Part shown: piece by piece, positions 11,211-24,362 of the stretch
Layout of the letters: each line of letters begins with the position of its first letter
Numbering within the stretch: position 1 is the stretch's first letter
Assembly (NCBI RefSeq): GCF_002113885.1
Contig: NW_018407700.1
Location: 3,075,038 to 3,139,037, forward strand
Length of the DNA: 64,000 nt
Reading direction: 5' to 3'
DNA from: Mizuhopecten yessoensis
Lineage: Eukaryota
The notes under the pieces: generated by a model
Told to the model about the DNA's origin: nothing
Databases searched by the model: none
Seen by the model: only the letters and a program-made list of their open reading frames with translations
Program-made: the position numbers and the translations under genes

Positions 11211-14200
11211 AGGGCTTTGCCACACCAAATGTAAATATATGTAAATCAAGATCAAACCCAAGCAACGTCACATCCACATTGCAATAACGTGGGCAGAGAC
11301 GGCGAATCAACCAGAGACACCAATGGACTCAATTAAAACACCGATCTTCACATCACACAAATATATCGCAGTTTGGCCAATGAGACCGTGACTCGACCAT
11401 AAAACGTGTCCTTATTCTTCAGCAACCTGCTTCTCCGGAAACTCCGTGTCCCTATTCGTCATGTAAAAAGATCGAGAAAACAGATTGAAGTAGAAAAGTC
11501 TGTAGTGTGCTTGATGTTAAATTCAGGAAGATATATATCATCAACGTGATCAATATATTTTTTCTTATAATTTGAAGATAGCATATCGTCGATATTTTTT
11601 CTGAAAGTGAAATAGAAGTTTTAAATTTATTCCTACACGGTTTACATAGAAAATAAGTAATGTTTGTAACATTTCAAAAGGCTTTAAACATATCGTTTAC
11701 CTATTAGTTAGGGACTTTTGCATTAGATGGATTCAAATTCTGTTGCTCACAGGTAACACTGATGAGACCTAGAATGTACCACATTATTCTTTAAAGGTTT
11801 ACTTTGTTTGATTTGTTACTAAATTTAAGAGCTTCCTTACTTCGTAAAACTAGTAATTATGTTAATTGTTGACAAAACAACACCATGTAAAAGTATTCCA
11901 CACCGATACGAACACGGTAACTTCTAGCAGGTATGTAGTTATACTCGGGAGGAGCATGTGAGATTAACTTGGAAAGATATTAACGGTTAAATAGATCACA
12001 AATAAGACACGTTACAAAAATAAAATATAGCGGAAAATTGTATGTCTTTCAAAAGACAATGCTTTGTAAAAGAACAATAACGGCGATCATGACATTATTC
12101 CAAATACAGTAATTGATTTATCTCACGAAGAAGGTTAAACCGCTGCACCTCTTCCACATTATCGACAGGCACCTGCACCAGGAGACTGTGAACAGGTGTT
12201 TGTTACTGCTTGGTATTGTAATCGGTTGTGGTAATTACAGGAAGGAAGCATCGTTCACCGGATCATTACCATGCAGAATCGATGCTCTGTCAATTGAGAC
12301 ATCATGGCCTTTAGTGCAAGCCACCTCCTTGCGATGACACTAACCATATGACGTAACCTTAGGGGAAATCACAGCAATACACACGAGGTCTTGTTAGCAT
12401 TGTAAACCTTGTCTTGGCTTGATATTTGGCATTTTTTTCTGGCTACTTAACAGATTTTTAAAAAGATAAATATCTTAACTGCAAACAAGTTTTGTCGTTA
12501 TAGCTTTGCATAAATCGGGGAGTTTTGAGGGAGAAAAAACAATACTATTTCAGGCGGTTTTGAATTCACTGAGTGGGCGAGCATTGAGGTCAGGTTGGAG
12601 CAAGGTAAAGGGACTGTTCAACCCCTTATGCATAAATGTGTCTTAATGCATTAAAACAATATGAGGCATCAATTATGGAAAGTCGAGTTTACTTATTTTT
12701 GCAGAACTCATACTTTCCTTGATGGCGCCAAGTTAAGCATTAATGAATCACGTGTTGATTTAAATGACTCTTACTGAAGCACAAGGGACGCATGAATCAA
12801 TAGAAAAACGGATTTGATGACAAAACATTTACGGAATTATCATTGATTACCAAATATCCTACATATAATACCACACACTATCTGATAAGTTGCGCATTCA
12901 TTTTTAAATAAATCTGATCCCAAACAATTTGATAATATCCAGAGAAAAATTACGTATGAGTTTGTTTGTCAGAGACTTGCCCTATCCTATAGAATTTGAC
13001 AAGAATTTGCTCTGAATACAAAGGTATATAACAGCTTGAAAAGAATGTTTGACAATGTTTTATAACCTACATACTAATTTTTACCACCTACACAGCCTTG
13101 GTTATAAGTGAAAATCGCGCGGTTTTCACGTGTGATCAAGGATGCTGCACAACGTTCACTAGAAGCAGGATACATTATCACGTATTTTTTCTTTCTCAAA
13201 ATAGAATATCTGCTCGCGCCAGTTGACATTATGAACCATAAATAGCAATAACACAAAGGTGTACTGCGTAAGTGTACTGAGTAAGTTATCCTAACTTGGT
13301 CCTCTAATGAATGGTCAAGTTCCCTTTGGAAATGGTATATTTATTTTCAAATTATCTGAAGCACGTGATAAGTATTGTAATGCTAGAATGAGATTTATTG
13401 CCGTAATCCGGATGTAATATTATAATTAGTGCACCAAAGACAGTTACGTCAAAGTTGTTATAACTAAAACAAGTACGATAAATCAACAAGATGTATATAC
13501 CCTACCGACATCCGCTCTCAATCCAACTCCACCCAACGTCACGCAAAGAACCCGTTTCCCAATCTGCATCCAATCAAACTCCAACTGTTGTAAAGAAAAG
13601 TACCCACCATGTTTTATACAAAGTACCTGATCCACCGACCGCGCAGACCATCTAAACTGTGCGACCCCTTCCATGCAACCAAGCAAACTCAATCAAAGTG
13701 CCTGATTTGACCCCCACCCCTACCCCCGCACACCAGCCAAATTCAATTCCATGACCGCCCCCGTCACGGAAAGTACTCCCAAATCTCATCCTGTACCCGA
13801 TTCTACTCCACCACAGCCAGTCATCTCCATGTCACGAAAAGAAACCCACCCCTAACCCGCACTTCATCCTACCCTGTACTCTGTAGCGGAGTTGTGATTT
13901 GTCGATTAGGCAATGTCCTCCATTGGTGGATATAGATGTGTTTACTGTAGCTTCATTGGCACACTGCGAAATCGCTGATGCTGGTATCTACAAACACTTA
14001 ATATACATAGAAATGTATCGAGGATAAAACAATCGATGCAGGTGGTAAAGTAAACATGAGATTTTTATATGTTCCTGTAAACCTATATGCATGTACGTAA
14101 TGTGTATTTTATGTACATTATTTCTAAAATCGATTTAGCTCACCCTGGCGTGAACACAAAACTTGTAGTGATTAAAATATGATAATGAGTGCGTCACTGT

Positions 14201-14843
14201 AAACGTCGCATTTCTAGCTCTTCGCCAAATAGATTAAATTTCCAAGAAAGTGCAAGGGTGTCGCGTGCAGGATCCCACGAGCGTTTTTAAGAACAAAACT
14301 ATACCACATCATGTGGTGCCAAGCTTTTATTCTGATCTGTAATAAAACGTAGGAACATTTAAATTGTTCAATGTTAGTGATATTAGCAAGACGAAACTAC
14401 CACTATTACGACCGTCTTGGTGCCAAGTAAGAAGCACGTGGTCGACATGTAGTACTGTTATTACATGCGATTACTGCTGTATACGTATAAGTAATGCTCA
14501 TATTGAGGCGGCGAGTTGTGGTTAATGTCAGGTAAAACAAGACCATGTAAAATAAATCAAATTTTGTCTGAATTAATCTGTCGTTAAAACATTAATCGAA
14601 ACAAAATATGCAATACAGTGAATTTGGTATTTTTATAGGACATGTCAGATACCATGGCAAGGTGCAGGTTTGTGGGAAAAGATAGTCTCCTTTGTTCTAT
14701 TTATATAATAGAGCTGTGTTGCTATAACTACATGTACAATTTTGGTTTAATAGCTAAAGGATATAACAATGTTGTCATTTTTATCTCTTGACTGTTCATA
14801 ATTAATTATTATATAATACAAAATTCTTGCACTGGGGAATATT

Positions 14844-15327
14844 CCTACCCTGTCTACCTGACAGATGACATCAATCCCAGACTGGATTGGCTGTCGTACA
14901 AACACACAACAAGTCAATTCTTCCTACCCTGACTACCTGACAGACGACATCAATCCCAGACTGGATTGGCTGTCGTACAAACACACAACAAGCCAATTCT
15001 TCCTACCCTGACTACCTGACAGATGACATCAATCCCATACTGGATTGGCTGTCGTACTAACACACAACAAGCCAATTCTTCAAACCCTGTCTACCTGACA
15101 GACGACATCAATCCCAGACTGGATTGGCTGTCGTACGAAAACACAACAAGTCAATTCTCCTTCCCTGTCTACCTGACAGATGACATCAATCCCAGACTGG
15201 ATGGGCTGTCGTACGAACACCCAACAAGCCAATTCTGCCTACCCTGACTACCTGACAGATGACATCAATCCAAGACTGGATTGGCTGTCGTCCGAACACA
15301 CAACAAGCCAATTCTTCAAACCCTGTC
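14844..15327 (+). repeat. 79-bp tandem repeat, ~6 copies
   Basis: Units start at 14844, 14923, 15002...: cctaccctgtctacctgacagatgacatcaatcccagactggattggctgtcgtac... Confidence 0.95.
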
Positions 15328-16113
15328 ATTTTTAAAGATTGACATTTATATTTTCAACTAAGATATTACTGTATACTGATTGAATATTGTTTTGAAAGAA
15401 AACTAACTTAATTGTTTAATTTCAAAAACACTTAATATCAATTAATTAATTCAGGTATATTGTGAAGAAACATTAACAAAGTATCAAATTTCCACTAAAA
15501 GATACATCCACTAAAATTCCAATGAGCACTTGGTTCGTTTTTCGTAGAAGCATAAACTGATATTCTCAAAAAATGAGAGTTTTTTCCCCAAAAGACGAAT
15601 GTTGTCAAATCAATAATGCATTGTAAAATATCTTGCTATGGTGGGTAATTAGAAAGTAACACACAGATCAACAGCCGAAATCCATTTCAAGCAATGATAT
15701 TTTCCAGATAAAAAAATGCAGTATCTTTTAACTTTTGTATACCAAAATGTTTTGATTATAGAAGGTCATGAACTACCAGTGACAAAGATTTCAATCCAAA
15801 GTATGTGGCGGAACATATTCAAAGAAGGGATCAAATGACCATTTGGTCTATACAACAGAATTCATGGATATGTGTATAGTCTAATCATTGTGACGGAAAA
15901 CTGACAGAAAAGAAGAAAATATTTGTTTCAGTTTAGATAGAATAAAGATTATTTAACAGAGACCTCGTTTTAAAAAAATCGTTGGTTTATTCCTTTTAAG
16001 ATGGCCACCAAAACAGTCATTATACTGCCTAATCAGTTGTCAGATTCCAGACAATTTTATTGCAATATCAATGGAATTCAGAGATTTTATGTTTGTTTGT
16101 TAAATTGTTTATT

Positions 16114-16975
16114 TAAGGTTTTAAATGCATCTTTTTAACATTTATGAGGGTAAACAACACAGTTAGGTTCAAACATATTCCATGATGCGCGTTAGAGCGC
16201 ATCTTGGAGAATATGTTTGAACGGAACTGTGTTGCATACCATCATAAATGTTAAAAAGATGCATTTTAAACCTTATATTAACATTCTATTACATCCACTT
16301 TTATTATTTGAAATTGGGAAAAAAATTGTGTTTTTTTCAGGTTAAAAAACAAATCACCGTCATGCAAACAACATTAACTGAACAGCCTTTTTCGCGGGAA
16401 AGATAATACGTTGTCAACGGTGACGAAATACACAGTTGAGCAATAAACAAATAGTTCCACTTTGCATATTTTTTTGATAATCTAATTTACATTACCAGCA
16501 TGTTTAACAAGCATTCAATATCTTAAAAATTGACAGTAGATCTAAATTTAAAAAAAAATATACCATATAAACTATTTTATTCCGTGTTAAAAAACGGTTG
16601 TGCAGCGGCTACGCTCATCAGGCAACGAAGCGGGTTGATTTTCAACGAGCTAGAAAGTGCATTCGTGAAATGTGGAGTTTCTTTAGAAACCAGATGACGA
16701 TTTAAAATATGCTGTTGGTTGAATTCTTGTGTGGACTGTGTCAACAGGACTAGCTCATCGTTTGAGCATTCGACATTTATTACTATCGATGAGGGGACTG
16801 GCCGACGAGCCGGGACGATTTCACCTGATTCGCCACTTGCAAGGGACGCTAGTGTAGATTCTAGAGGACAGTGAATTATTCTGTTCTGTTGAAAAGGACC
16901 TGTTAAAGGATCTTATTGCAGACACGCTTCAGTGGACCGCCATAAACATGATGTGCCTTGATTCAAAACCACATG
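16114..16975 (-). mobile_element. Crypton (KCTD1/DUF3504-type tyrosine recombinase) 3' remnant with a terminal palindrome
   Basis: Minus strand from 16970: GFESRHIMFMAVH*SVSAIRSFNRSFSTEQ (~GFEARHIMFMSGHxxxxSxxSY); tail SSGF*RNSTFHECTF* at 16650; 162-bp imperfect palindrome 16114-16275. Confidence 0.75.
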
Positions 16976-17330
16976 TTATTACATATTTGAGGGACACGTC
17001 CGCGACGTCGCTGTCAGACAGGTGTTCGTTACAAATGTCTGTGGCTGGAGTTAGCACACGACGTATTTTAGACGCGGAATACGCGGACTTTAATTTCAGG
17101 AGTGATTTCTTGTTGACAATATAAAAAAGGACTATTAAAGTATGTATACATGCATTTTGTTTTGGTTTGTTTGTGTGTTTGTGTGTATGTGTGTGTGTGT
17201 GTTGGGGGGTTAGAGGTCATGCAACGGTACATGTAGTACTGTTAATATTACTGCACACTTGCTTTTATTGAATCATGCACACATTATTAGTTGCTACTGT
17301 TTTCTAGTGGCACTGCAACACAAATGGAAA

Positions 17331-17685
17331 TATATATATATAACTTAATTGCTGCCTTCGGCTGTCTTTAGCCGAGGGGACTATTTTTTTTTATTTTTTT
17401 TTATATAATAGCTATATTTTCAGTAGTATTTTTTTGTTATAGTATATCACTTCTATCTTCTTGTAATATGATGTACATGTACATATAACTGTTCTGTTTC
17501 ACTGTGTCTTGATAAAGGAGCGGATAACTCCGAAAATTTGACAACCTAAACTTGTCCACACTGTTGGAATAACTTCTTTGCCCCATATACTATTTTAAGT
17601 AATTCGTATCCTACGGACATACCTCCATTAGAATCCAGTGTTATATGGGGTTTTACCGTCTATATTAATTCTTTAACCCATATAT

Positions 17686-17718
<33 letters not shown>
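17331..17718 (+). mobile_element. Probable Penelope-like solo pLTR or 3' end between (TA)n tracts
   Basis: Flanked by TA runs (17331-17342 and ~17689-17718); contains a minimal hammerhead motif. Confidence 0.5.
17505..17543 (+). ncRNA. Minimal type I hammerhead ribozyme, U3-A8 core variant
   Basis: TGTC-TTGATAA-A-GGAG(cggataa)CTCC-GAAA-ATTT-GACA: stem I TGTC/GACA, stem II GGAG/CTCC, palindromic loopless stem III. Confidence 0.65.
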
Positions 17719-17719
<1 letters not shown>

Positions 17720-17721
<2 letters not shown>

Positions 17722-19410
17722 AAGTAAAGTGCCGAATTAACAGCTGATGACATTTACAGATAATGTTTTGCAAGATGCAAGAGTATGAAATGTGTTCAAA
17801 TGGCAGACTTGGTATAAAGAAGGATGACAAAAATTGATGCGAGGCTTTGAGTTTGTTTTCAAACTGGTGATTCTAGATTCACAAGAAAACAACTTATTTC
17901 AAGCTATGTCAGAACTTCTTTGCCCTTGGATGCAAGTGTTTTGGATTTTAGACTTTACGAATTCTGACTTTGCTCTCTTGGGGAGAGCTGGTTATTTTCA
18001 CCCTCTGAGTCAAACAGTTTGTTTTTGTCAGTAGAAACTTCATTTGATGTGCGAATTCTCTGTTTTTCTGTTAGTTTCCGGTGATCTTTGATACATTGGT
18101 CCCCGTATCCAATTCAGACATGCAGTCACAATCTTCAGCACTTCCTCAATTATATCAATGAAGCAATTTGATATTAATGAGTTCTAAAAAATATCTAATG
18201 CTTAAGACGGCCATGATAGGACTCTACAATCCATCGGGATTAAGTAACTGTTGTGTCAATGTTAGCATGAAGATCAGAGTGTTGGCTCTGACCAGTCTTA
18301 AGATATGAGTGCACACTGGTATTAATACCAGATGCCTCTAACATATGCAGGACATCTCTAAAACAATGATCATCGACTACATTGTCGTCTTGCTCCAACC
18401 ATGTGAGCTTGTCTATGATGTGTTTTTTAAAGGTTGCATTAGTTTGGCTTCCAGAGAATGGTCCTACTGTGCCCACAATGTAGCCATCAGGTAGAGCTAT
18501 GCTCATGAAATTTAAGATAATTACGCTCCTTCTGACCACCCGTAAGCCTTTATCTGAAGCTAATGATCAGCATTGTTTGAATACAAATATATGTACCATC
18601 TATTACGGCAGTCATTTTGTCTCCAAAGAATGTTTCTGGGAATTAAGTATTGTGTGAAAATATCTGTTCCCTACTCAAATGGTCAGGACTAAGGAACACT
18701 GGAACTAAATATTTGTTTAATGCTTGTACTGCGGAATGAAATTATAGGCAGTGAAATGCCAAAAAATGCGGAACACTTAATTAAAAGAAACATCAGATTT
18801 CATCTTGACCCAAAACAGTAAAAGAGCAATTTGTGTAGTTTTGGTATAAATTGAAATAGAACGAAATGGGACCAAGTACGAATGGGTTTTGAGAAACTGT
18901 TCTTTGACCAACCTGCCCAAGCTTTGCAGCCAGGGTAACCCAAGAGACTAAATTTCAGAGTGAAGGCTGATTGATTCTTTGATAAGACGAACGACACTTC
19001 TAAAAGGTCATAAATTATTTCAGATTACCTACTTCATAATTGAGAATTCAAATAGATAGTATCTTCCTTATAGGAAAGCCTGTGTACAAGGGTTCAGTTC
19101 ATTGCAAATAGGATGAAATGATCATACACGTGATGTCGCAGAACACCACAATTTGTTTGTGATCTCATGTCTAGCACGTTTTTGCAGAAGTGTGGATTAG
19201 CTTCCTTTTGAATTAAGATTGTTAAAACAAAGACAAAATCCTTTATGTGAACAGATCCCGTAAAACAGATCCTTGACTGTTAAGAGAGGAAAACTTCTAG
19301 TAGTTTTATCTTCAAAACGTTCTGTTCCAAATTCTCTTTTTGCGCAGAGACCTTATGTAGCACTTCGTACAAATACTAAGTTCTTTATTTGAGCAATCTA
19401 TGCCATTTAT
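17720..19410 (-). pseudogene. ISL2EU / PIF-Harbinger (DDE_Tnp_4) transposase pseudogene
   Basis: VIDGTYICIQ (~18600), MSIALPDGYIVGTVGPF, VVDDHCFRD (~VVDRGFRD), SRWIVESYHGRLK (18201-18239); many stops; boundaries approximate. Confidence 0.85.
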
Positions 19411-20817
19411 ATTTTGGATTTGTTTAACATTTCGTGTACCTTTACATTTACGAGATTTCGCGAAGATACAATGGTGACCTTCACCAAGTCATTTACTCTT
19501 CATTACGAGATGAATAGTAACAAATGAGTATGAAATATCCCCTAAAAACAATGTAAAAACGACAGTCTGATGATTACATGTGTAAAAAACGGTAACAAAA
19601 TGTATAAGAACAAAAGCTAAAAAGTGACAAGGATATTACATTTGATCTCGAAATTGATTGTTAACAAAAACTTTATAAATCTTGCCAAGTGATGAAGCAA
19701 ATTTCAATTTGGATTTTTTGGTGACCTAACATGCATTGAAAGGTTTAGTGTAGGCTACAACGAATTTCATTACCAATTACCTGTAATCAGGTGCATTGCT
19801 TTTTGGTGGACGCCAATGAGGGGTTTTAGGCCCTCACCTTTTTGGGTACATGTGGTATTTTGTAGTGCGAAATGAATAACTTCCACTTCCTTTTTTTTGA
19901 CTGAATTTTTGCATACATATTTGAATAACACCACTTCTTCATACTATTGAAATGTTTCGTTTACAAAAGTAATAAATAATATTTTATATTTTTTTTTTTA
20001 CAAAATGTTCGATTTAACTCACATTCTGAATGATAAATGTATTACTAAAGCACTACATGAAAGAAAATGTTCCTTCCAAAGTATTACGATGCAAAAAATA
20101 CGATTTTTTCAGAAAAATACATTTCCGCTGATATTCCATTTTTCGACCCCCATGCTGTAATTAAGTTAATTAATTATCTAAATAATTAGTCGAGTTATTC
20201 AAAGTAAAAACTGCAGATTTATAAGGGATTGAAAATTATTTGAGAGACTAAGAAGATAACTGTGCAACAGTTGTAGATGTACATGTATATCCCGCTCTCC
20301 TGAAAATCTTACAGGGGAAGCTACTCTGCCAGATAATAGAACTAAGACAGTTTTGAAGCTTTACTTAAGGTTTATATCAGAAATGCTTCATAACCAGATT
20401 TTTTTATGAACTAACAGTCTCTGACCACAAGATCATGAAAAATGACCCTTTCGGCGTCAGACATATTGACCCTACTACGTAATTAGTGACATTGCACGTG
20501 GCACGGGATTCTGTTACTCCAATACATCCGGGATCGAACCAGTCTGTCTAATATTATTTATCTCCTAACAGTCAAAATACAAATTGGTTATATATAAAGC
20601 TTGTATGCAACAAAATTGCCAATCGTAAGCCGTTACTACAATTCTACTGTGTGCTTTCTTACTCTTTAAGTACCTCTGTTTGTCTAGCCGTTGAACTGTC
20701 GGACCGATAGATGTTCCAACCGCGTGGAGAGAAAAATGAAGATGTAAACAGTATTGCATTTCTGACTTATTAATGAAAGTGACAGTTATTTTCAGTATCA
20801 TAGAAGAACCAACGTAT

Positions 20818-21005
20818 ATTCCGTCTTTGCGTATTGCAGAGTTATCTTCTCTTGTGAGCGGGTATTGATTGTTACGTCATTTGTTTGTGAGAGTAATGTC
20901 ATCAATTTTTGAGAAAACGACGTATATTTTTCAAACAAACCAATGACGTAACAATCAATACCTGCTCACAAGAGAAGATACCTCTGCAATACGCAAAGAC
21001 GGAAT
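20818..21005. mobile_element. Palindromic MITE with ~70-bp inverted arms
   Basis: attccgtctttgcgtattgcagag...ctctgcaatacgcaaagacggaat. Confidence 0.85.
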
Positions 21006-22322
21006 GCTCTCATAGCAGTTTGCGTTTGTGTCGCGGGTGTCTTCGTTATAGAGCAACATTCACATATAAAACAAATATTTACTGTAATGGATACAGCTAC
21101 TGCCTTATATACTTATTGAATCTAAGATTTAACTTCAGGACATTTTTTTATCTAAACATTTCACTTAAAATGTTTCCTCACCTTTCTTTTTTCTTGGGTT
21201 CAAAAAGGGTAGGATTTCAATAATGCTTTCATGTGGAAAAAATCTTTTGATTTCCTGGAGTAATAAACGTTTGTTATACCGAGGACAGATGTATTACACC
21301 TTTCATGAACGACCCCCTGTATCTTAATTTAGAAAGGGTATTTAGGGATTGATCATATATCGATTTGAAGAGACTTACTTTGCACACAATCAAAACACCG
21401 ACGATTTCTCTCTGGTGAGTGTATCAAGGGTGTAACCCCATTGTTTATTCTGCAATAAATCATCCCACAAAATGACAACCTTAACACACAGCAAAACTAT
21501 CAATAATACACATCTGTCTGGTACGTTAATGAAGTAGTAGGTATATGGGGTATAGCATGCTTCCTAAAATAAATAGTCTATGGGCTCCCTTCAAAATAAC
21601 GCTTACAGACGCTAAACAAATTACTCCTGACATCAAATAGTGAATGCAATTAAAATATAACTAAACATAGCTCCAGGAGATGGAGGAAAACGTGAAATAT
21701 AAGAAAATTGGTAAATGATTGTCTAAGAGTTGGGACTTTTCTTGACATATTGATTTGACTAGGAATTCGAAAACAAATGTCATACAACCTTTTACATACC
21801 TTCTGTTTGGCCTTTATACTTCAATTAATTGAAAGATTTGTACGATCCAAATTATAAACGTCTATAGTTTCTGAACATTATGCAAAGTTGAAGTTAAATC
21901 TTAAAAATTGTTAATACTACATAAAGCTGAATGTTAATATTCATGTACAATATAATTACATGTACATGCTTTTTTAAATTTTTATACAAAACTACATGAA
22001 ATTATTTAAATAACAGAGCTTACACAACTTGTTATACATGTGATGTCCAAACCCGAACTTTCATATATGTGTACAAGTATATATATATATTAAAAAACCA
22101 TGTTTGAGTCTGGTGGAGAGCACCATATGTATCGGAAACTAAACTTAACTAAACTAATACAAAAAAAACAAAACATAATACACTATGCGTTAGTTGTTGT
22201 TTAAATTTATGTTGTTGATTTTAATACTAGAAACTCATTTCTTTTTAAACTTCCATGTTTGCTTGGGATTCTGATTTGTATAAGAAAATATGGAAAAGGC
22301 AGGAGAAAACAAATGTACATTA

Positions 22323-23375
22323 TTAGCTCACCTGGTCCAAAGGACCATAGTGAGTTTATGCCGTGGCGCAGCGTCCGTCGTCCGTCGTTGTCGTCCGTCG
22401 TCAATTTTTTCTTTAAAACCAATCTCATCCTAAACGCCAAAGAGGATTTTCAACTAAATTTAGTCTGAAGCATCACTAGGGGAGGGCAATCATTTCTTTA
22501 ATAAATGAGGTTGGTTCGACCCCTGCGGCCAGGGGGGCGGGGCCATTCATGGGAACTTAGGTAAATTTGCTTTAAAACGCATCTCCTATTTAACGCCAGT
22601 GAGTATTTCAATCAAATTTAGTCTGAAGCATCACTAGGGGAGGGCAATAATTTCTTTAAAAAATTAGGTTGGTTCGACCCCTGAGGCCAGGGGGTGTGGC
22701 CCTGATGGGGAACTTAGCTAAATTTGCTTTAAAACGCATCTCCTTCTAAACGCCAGAGAAGATTTCAACCAAATTTGCTCTGAAACTTCGTTGGGGGAGG
22801 GCAATTAATTAATTAATTAATTAATTAATTAATTTCCTTAATTAATGAGACTGGTTAGACCCCTAGGGCTAGGAAGACCGGGCCCCAAAGAGGAAAATTA
22901 TTTAATATTTTGCTAAAAAAGACGCTAATATCCCGTAATTGCCTGAGTGGATTGTACAGAATTTGGGAAAAAACATTATTGAGGAAGAACAAACATTTCT
23001 TAATTGAATGAGGTTGATTTGACCCCTGCCGTCCTAAGTAATGGTACAGCTAGATTATCATATTCTATGGTGTAGTTTTCATGAATTATTAACAATTGGT
23101 ATTTAGGTTTATAAAAGCTTATAGTTGAATGAAAATCAAAGTAATGTCTAATTACACCCTGTAATATGACATATTACTTATTTCAAAATATGTACATGAC
23201 AAATGGAGATGGCCTCTGATTAGTTGAAAGTCAAATAGTGTGGTCCAAGTTCGGTTAGAACATAGATCTTGTCTGGTTTTGAGGAAATTTCATATAAAGA
23301 TGTACTAATGCATTCAGTTGTAATGACTTAAATATAAAAGAAAGGTGAGCGATACAGGTCCAATGGACCTCTTGT
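22323..23375 (+). mobile_element. Non-autonomous Helentron-type element (HINE-like) with internal ~159-bp tandem repeats
   Basis: 5' TTAGCTCACCTG, hairpin 22334-22346 and GTCC/GTC microsatellite; ~4 core repeats from ~22430; 3' AGGTGAGC plus hairpin aggtcc-aat-ggacct, then CTTGT. Confidence 0.85.
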
Positions 23376-23497
23376 ATTATCAGGTTTATGTTTCAACTAG
23401 TGTCATTTCATGTTAAAACGTATACCTACCATGGTTGCTGAGGAAACTAAATCCGTAAGTTATGGCGGTATATATGTAGACCAGTATTCATCGACTA

Positions 23498-24362
23498 TGG
23501 TGGCTGATATATGACATTTCGCCTTTTCGCTTTGTCGCCCGCGAAATAACGCCAAGCGAAATAACGAAATACCGAAATAACGCCAAAGCGCCAAAGCGAA
23601 AAGGCGAAATAACGCCAAAGCGCCAAAGCTTGATAACGAAAAGACGAAAACCCGCCAAAGTGAAATAACGAATCAACGCCAAACCGAAGTGAAAATAACG
23701 CCAAACCGAAGATATCAGCCACCATACCGAAGAGATAAAATGGCGTCTTTTCTCCCTCCTTTTGGCGTTATTTCGTTATTTAGCTTTGGCGTGATTTCGT
23801 CTTTTCGCTTTGGCGTTATTTCGTCTTTTAGCTTTGGCGTTATTTCGTCTTTTCGCTTTGGCGTTATTTCGTCCTTTAGCTTTGGCATTATTTCGTCTTT
23901 TCGCTTTGGCCTTATTTCGTTTTTTAGCTTTGGCGTTATTTCGTCTTTTAGCTTTGGCGTTATTTCGTCTTTTCGCTCTGGCGTTATTTTGTTTTGTAGC
24001 TTTGGCGTTATTTCGTCTTTTCGCTTTGGCGTTATTTCGTTATTTAGCTTTGACGTTATTTCGTCTTTTAGCTTTGGCGTTATTTCGTCTTTTCGCTTTG
24101 GCGTTATTTCGTTTTGTAACTTTGGCGTTATTTCGTTTTGTAGCTTTGGCGTTATTTCGTTATTTAGCTCTGGCGTTATTTCGTCTTTTAGCTTTGGCGT
24201 TATTTCGTCTTTTCGCTTTGGCGTTATTTCGTTTTTTAGCTTTGTTGTTATTTCGTCTTTTCGCTTTGGCGCTTTGGCGTTCTTTCGTTATTTCGTTATT
24301 TCGCTTGGTGTTATTTCGCGGGCGACAAAGCGAAAAGACGAAATGTCATATATCAGCCACCA
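23498..24362. mobile_element. Foldback/MITE with ~110-bp TIRs and an internal 24-bp tandem array
   Basis: tggtggctgatatatgacatttcg... inverted at ...cgaaatgtcatatatcagccacca; unit tttggcgttatttcgtcttttagc from 23761 to ~24270; TA on the left flank. Confidence 0.9.

Noticed and set aside
12113-12360. Possible Tc1 transposase fragment (LRHHGL*CKP)
   Set aside because: Needs several frameshifts; too weak to call without a search
14844-15327. 79-bp repeat as a CRISPR array or repeated microexon
   Set aside because: No unique spacers, no cas genes, eukaryotic context; implied introns would be only ~46 nt
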